A stretch of DNA of 64,000 bases from Amoebidium appalachense. Its lineage: Eukaryota > Protista > Ichthyosporea. A program made the translations under genes and the position numbers. Position 1 is the stretch's first letter; every line of letters begins with the position of its first letter. Of this stretch, positions 63,626 to 64,000 are shown piece by piece. The stretch covers positions 5,683,264 to 5,747,263 of the forward strand of contig CAVNZM010000006.1 in assembly GCA_963693365.1 (NCBI GenBank), read 5' to 3'. The notes beneath the pieces were generated by a model. It saw only the letters and a program-made list of their open reading frames with translations. It ran no database searches and was not told the origin of the DNA.

Positions 63626-64000
63626 ATGGTGCCAGACACCATGTCTTGTAAGCGCTCTCTCCCATCACCTGGCAACCCTCAACCAGCCCTTATTCAACAT
63701 CCAAGCCCCCATTCTCCCATGCAAGCAACAGCGCAAAAAAGGCCGCGCACAGATGCGTGGCTCCCAGAAGATGACGTCACACCAGAACCATCCCCTGGGC
63801 TGAGTTTCGAAGATGCTTGTTTAAAGCTGTCCGGACTAAGGATATCTGAGTTTTACACGGGGGATGATAGGGGTCCGGACACGTTATTGGATAAAAGTCA
63901 CAGGGAATGGCTGCAGAGGCTCCAGCCAGCATTAAGGGCACAAGCTGTTGAGAAATTTGCTCGGTTGTGGGTGGCAAAGAGGAAGGAGTGGCGAACGACA
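63626..64000 (+). CDS. Uncharacterised ORF, open at right edge (125 codons visible)
   Basis: MVPDTMSCKRSLPSPGNPQPALIQHPSPHSPMQATAQKRPRTDAWLPEDD...EKFARLWVAKRKEWRTT; no stop, so absent from the ORF track; NLS-like KRPR. Confidence 0.55.
   Translation, partial: MVPDTMSCKRSLPSPGNPQPALIQHPSPHSPMQATAQKRPRTDAWLPEDDVTPEPSPGLSFEDACLKLSGLRISEFYTGDDRGPDTLLDKSHREWLQRLQPALRAQAVEKFARLWVAKRKEWRTT

Overview
Eukaryotic, intron-rich genomic DNA whose introns are saturated with poly(G)/poly(C), (CA)n and (CT)n tracts. Almost all ORF-track entries are microsatellite artefacts, so genes were rebuilt by hand from GT-AG boundaries and codon phase. The gene content suggests a unicellular opisthokont, possibly an ichthyosporean-like holozoan (inference only). 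Genes from left to right: VPS52 (20 exons, runs off the left edge, contains an AT-AC U12-type intron); a secreted Gly/Tyr-rich protein; a WW-less protein with a YAP/FAM181-type TEAD-binding omega-loop motif; a small helical, possibly MED11-like protein; an FCP1/NIF-family HAD phosphatase; an SMP/LEA protein; a protein with PKA sites and an AKAP-like helix; and an OTU-CXC-Myb-like gene that is probably transposon-borne. The most notable system is a Naiad/Chlamys-type Penelope-like retroelement. It has an intact 800-codon RT ORF and three shorter 5'-truncated copies that all end at the same 3' junction and sit inside poly(C) tracts. Its ~2.1-kb 3' region holds several apparently strand-specific RNA structures: a multibranch domain, a terminal pseudoknot and a duplicated motif.
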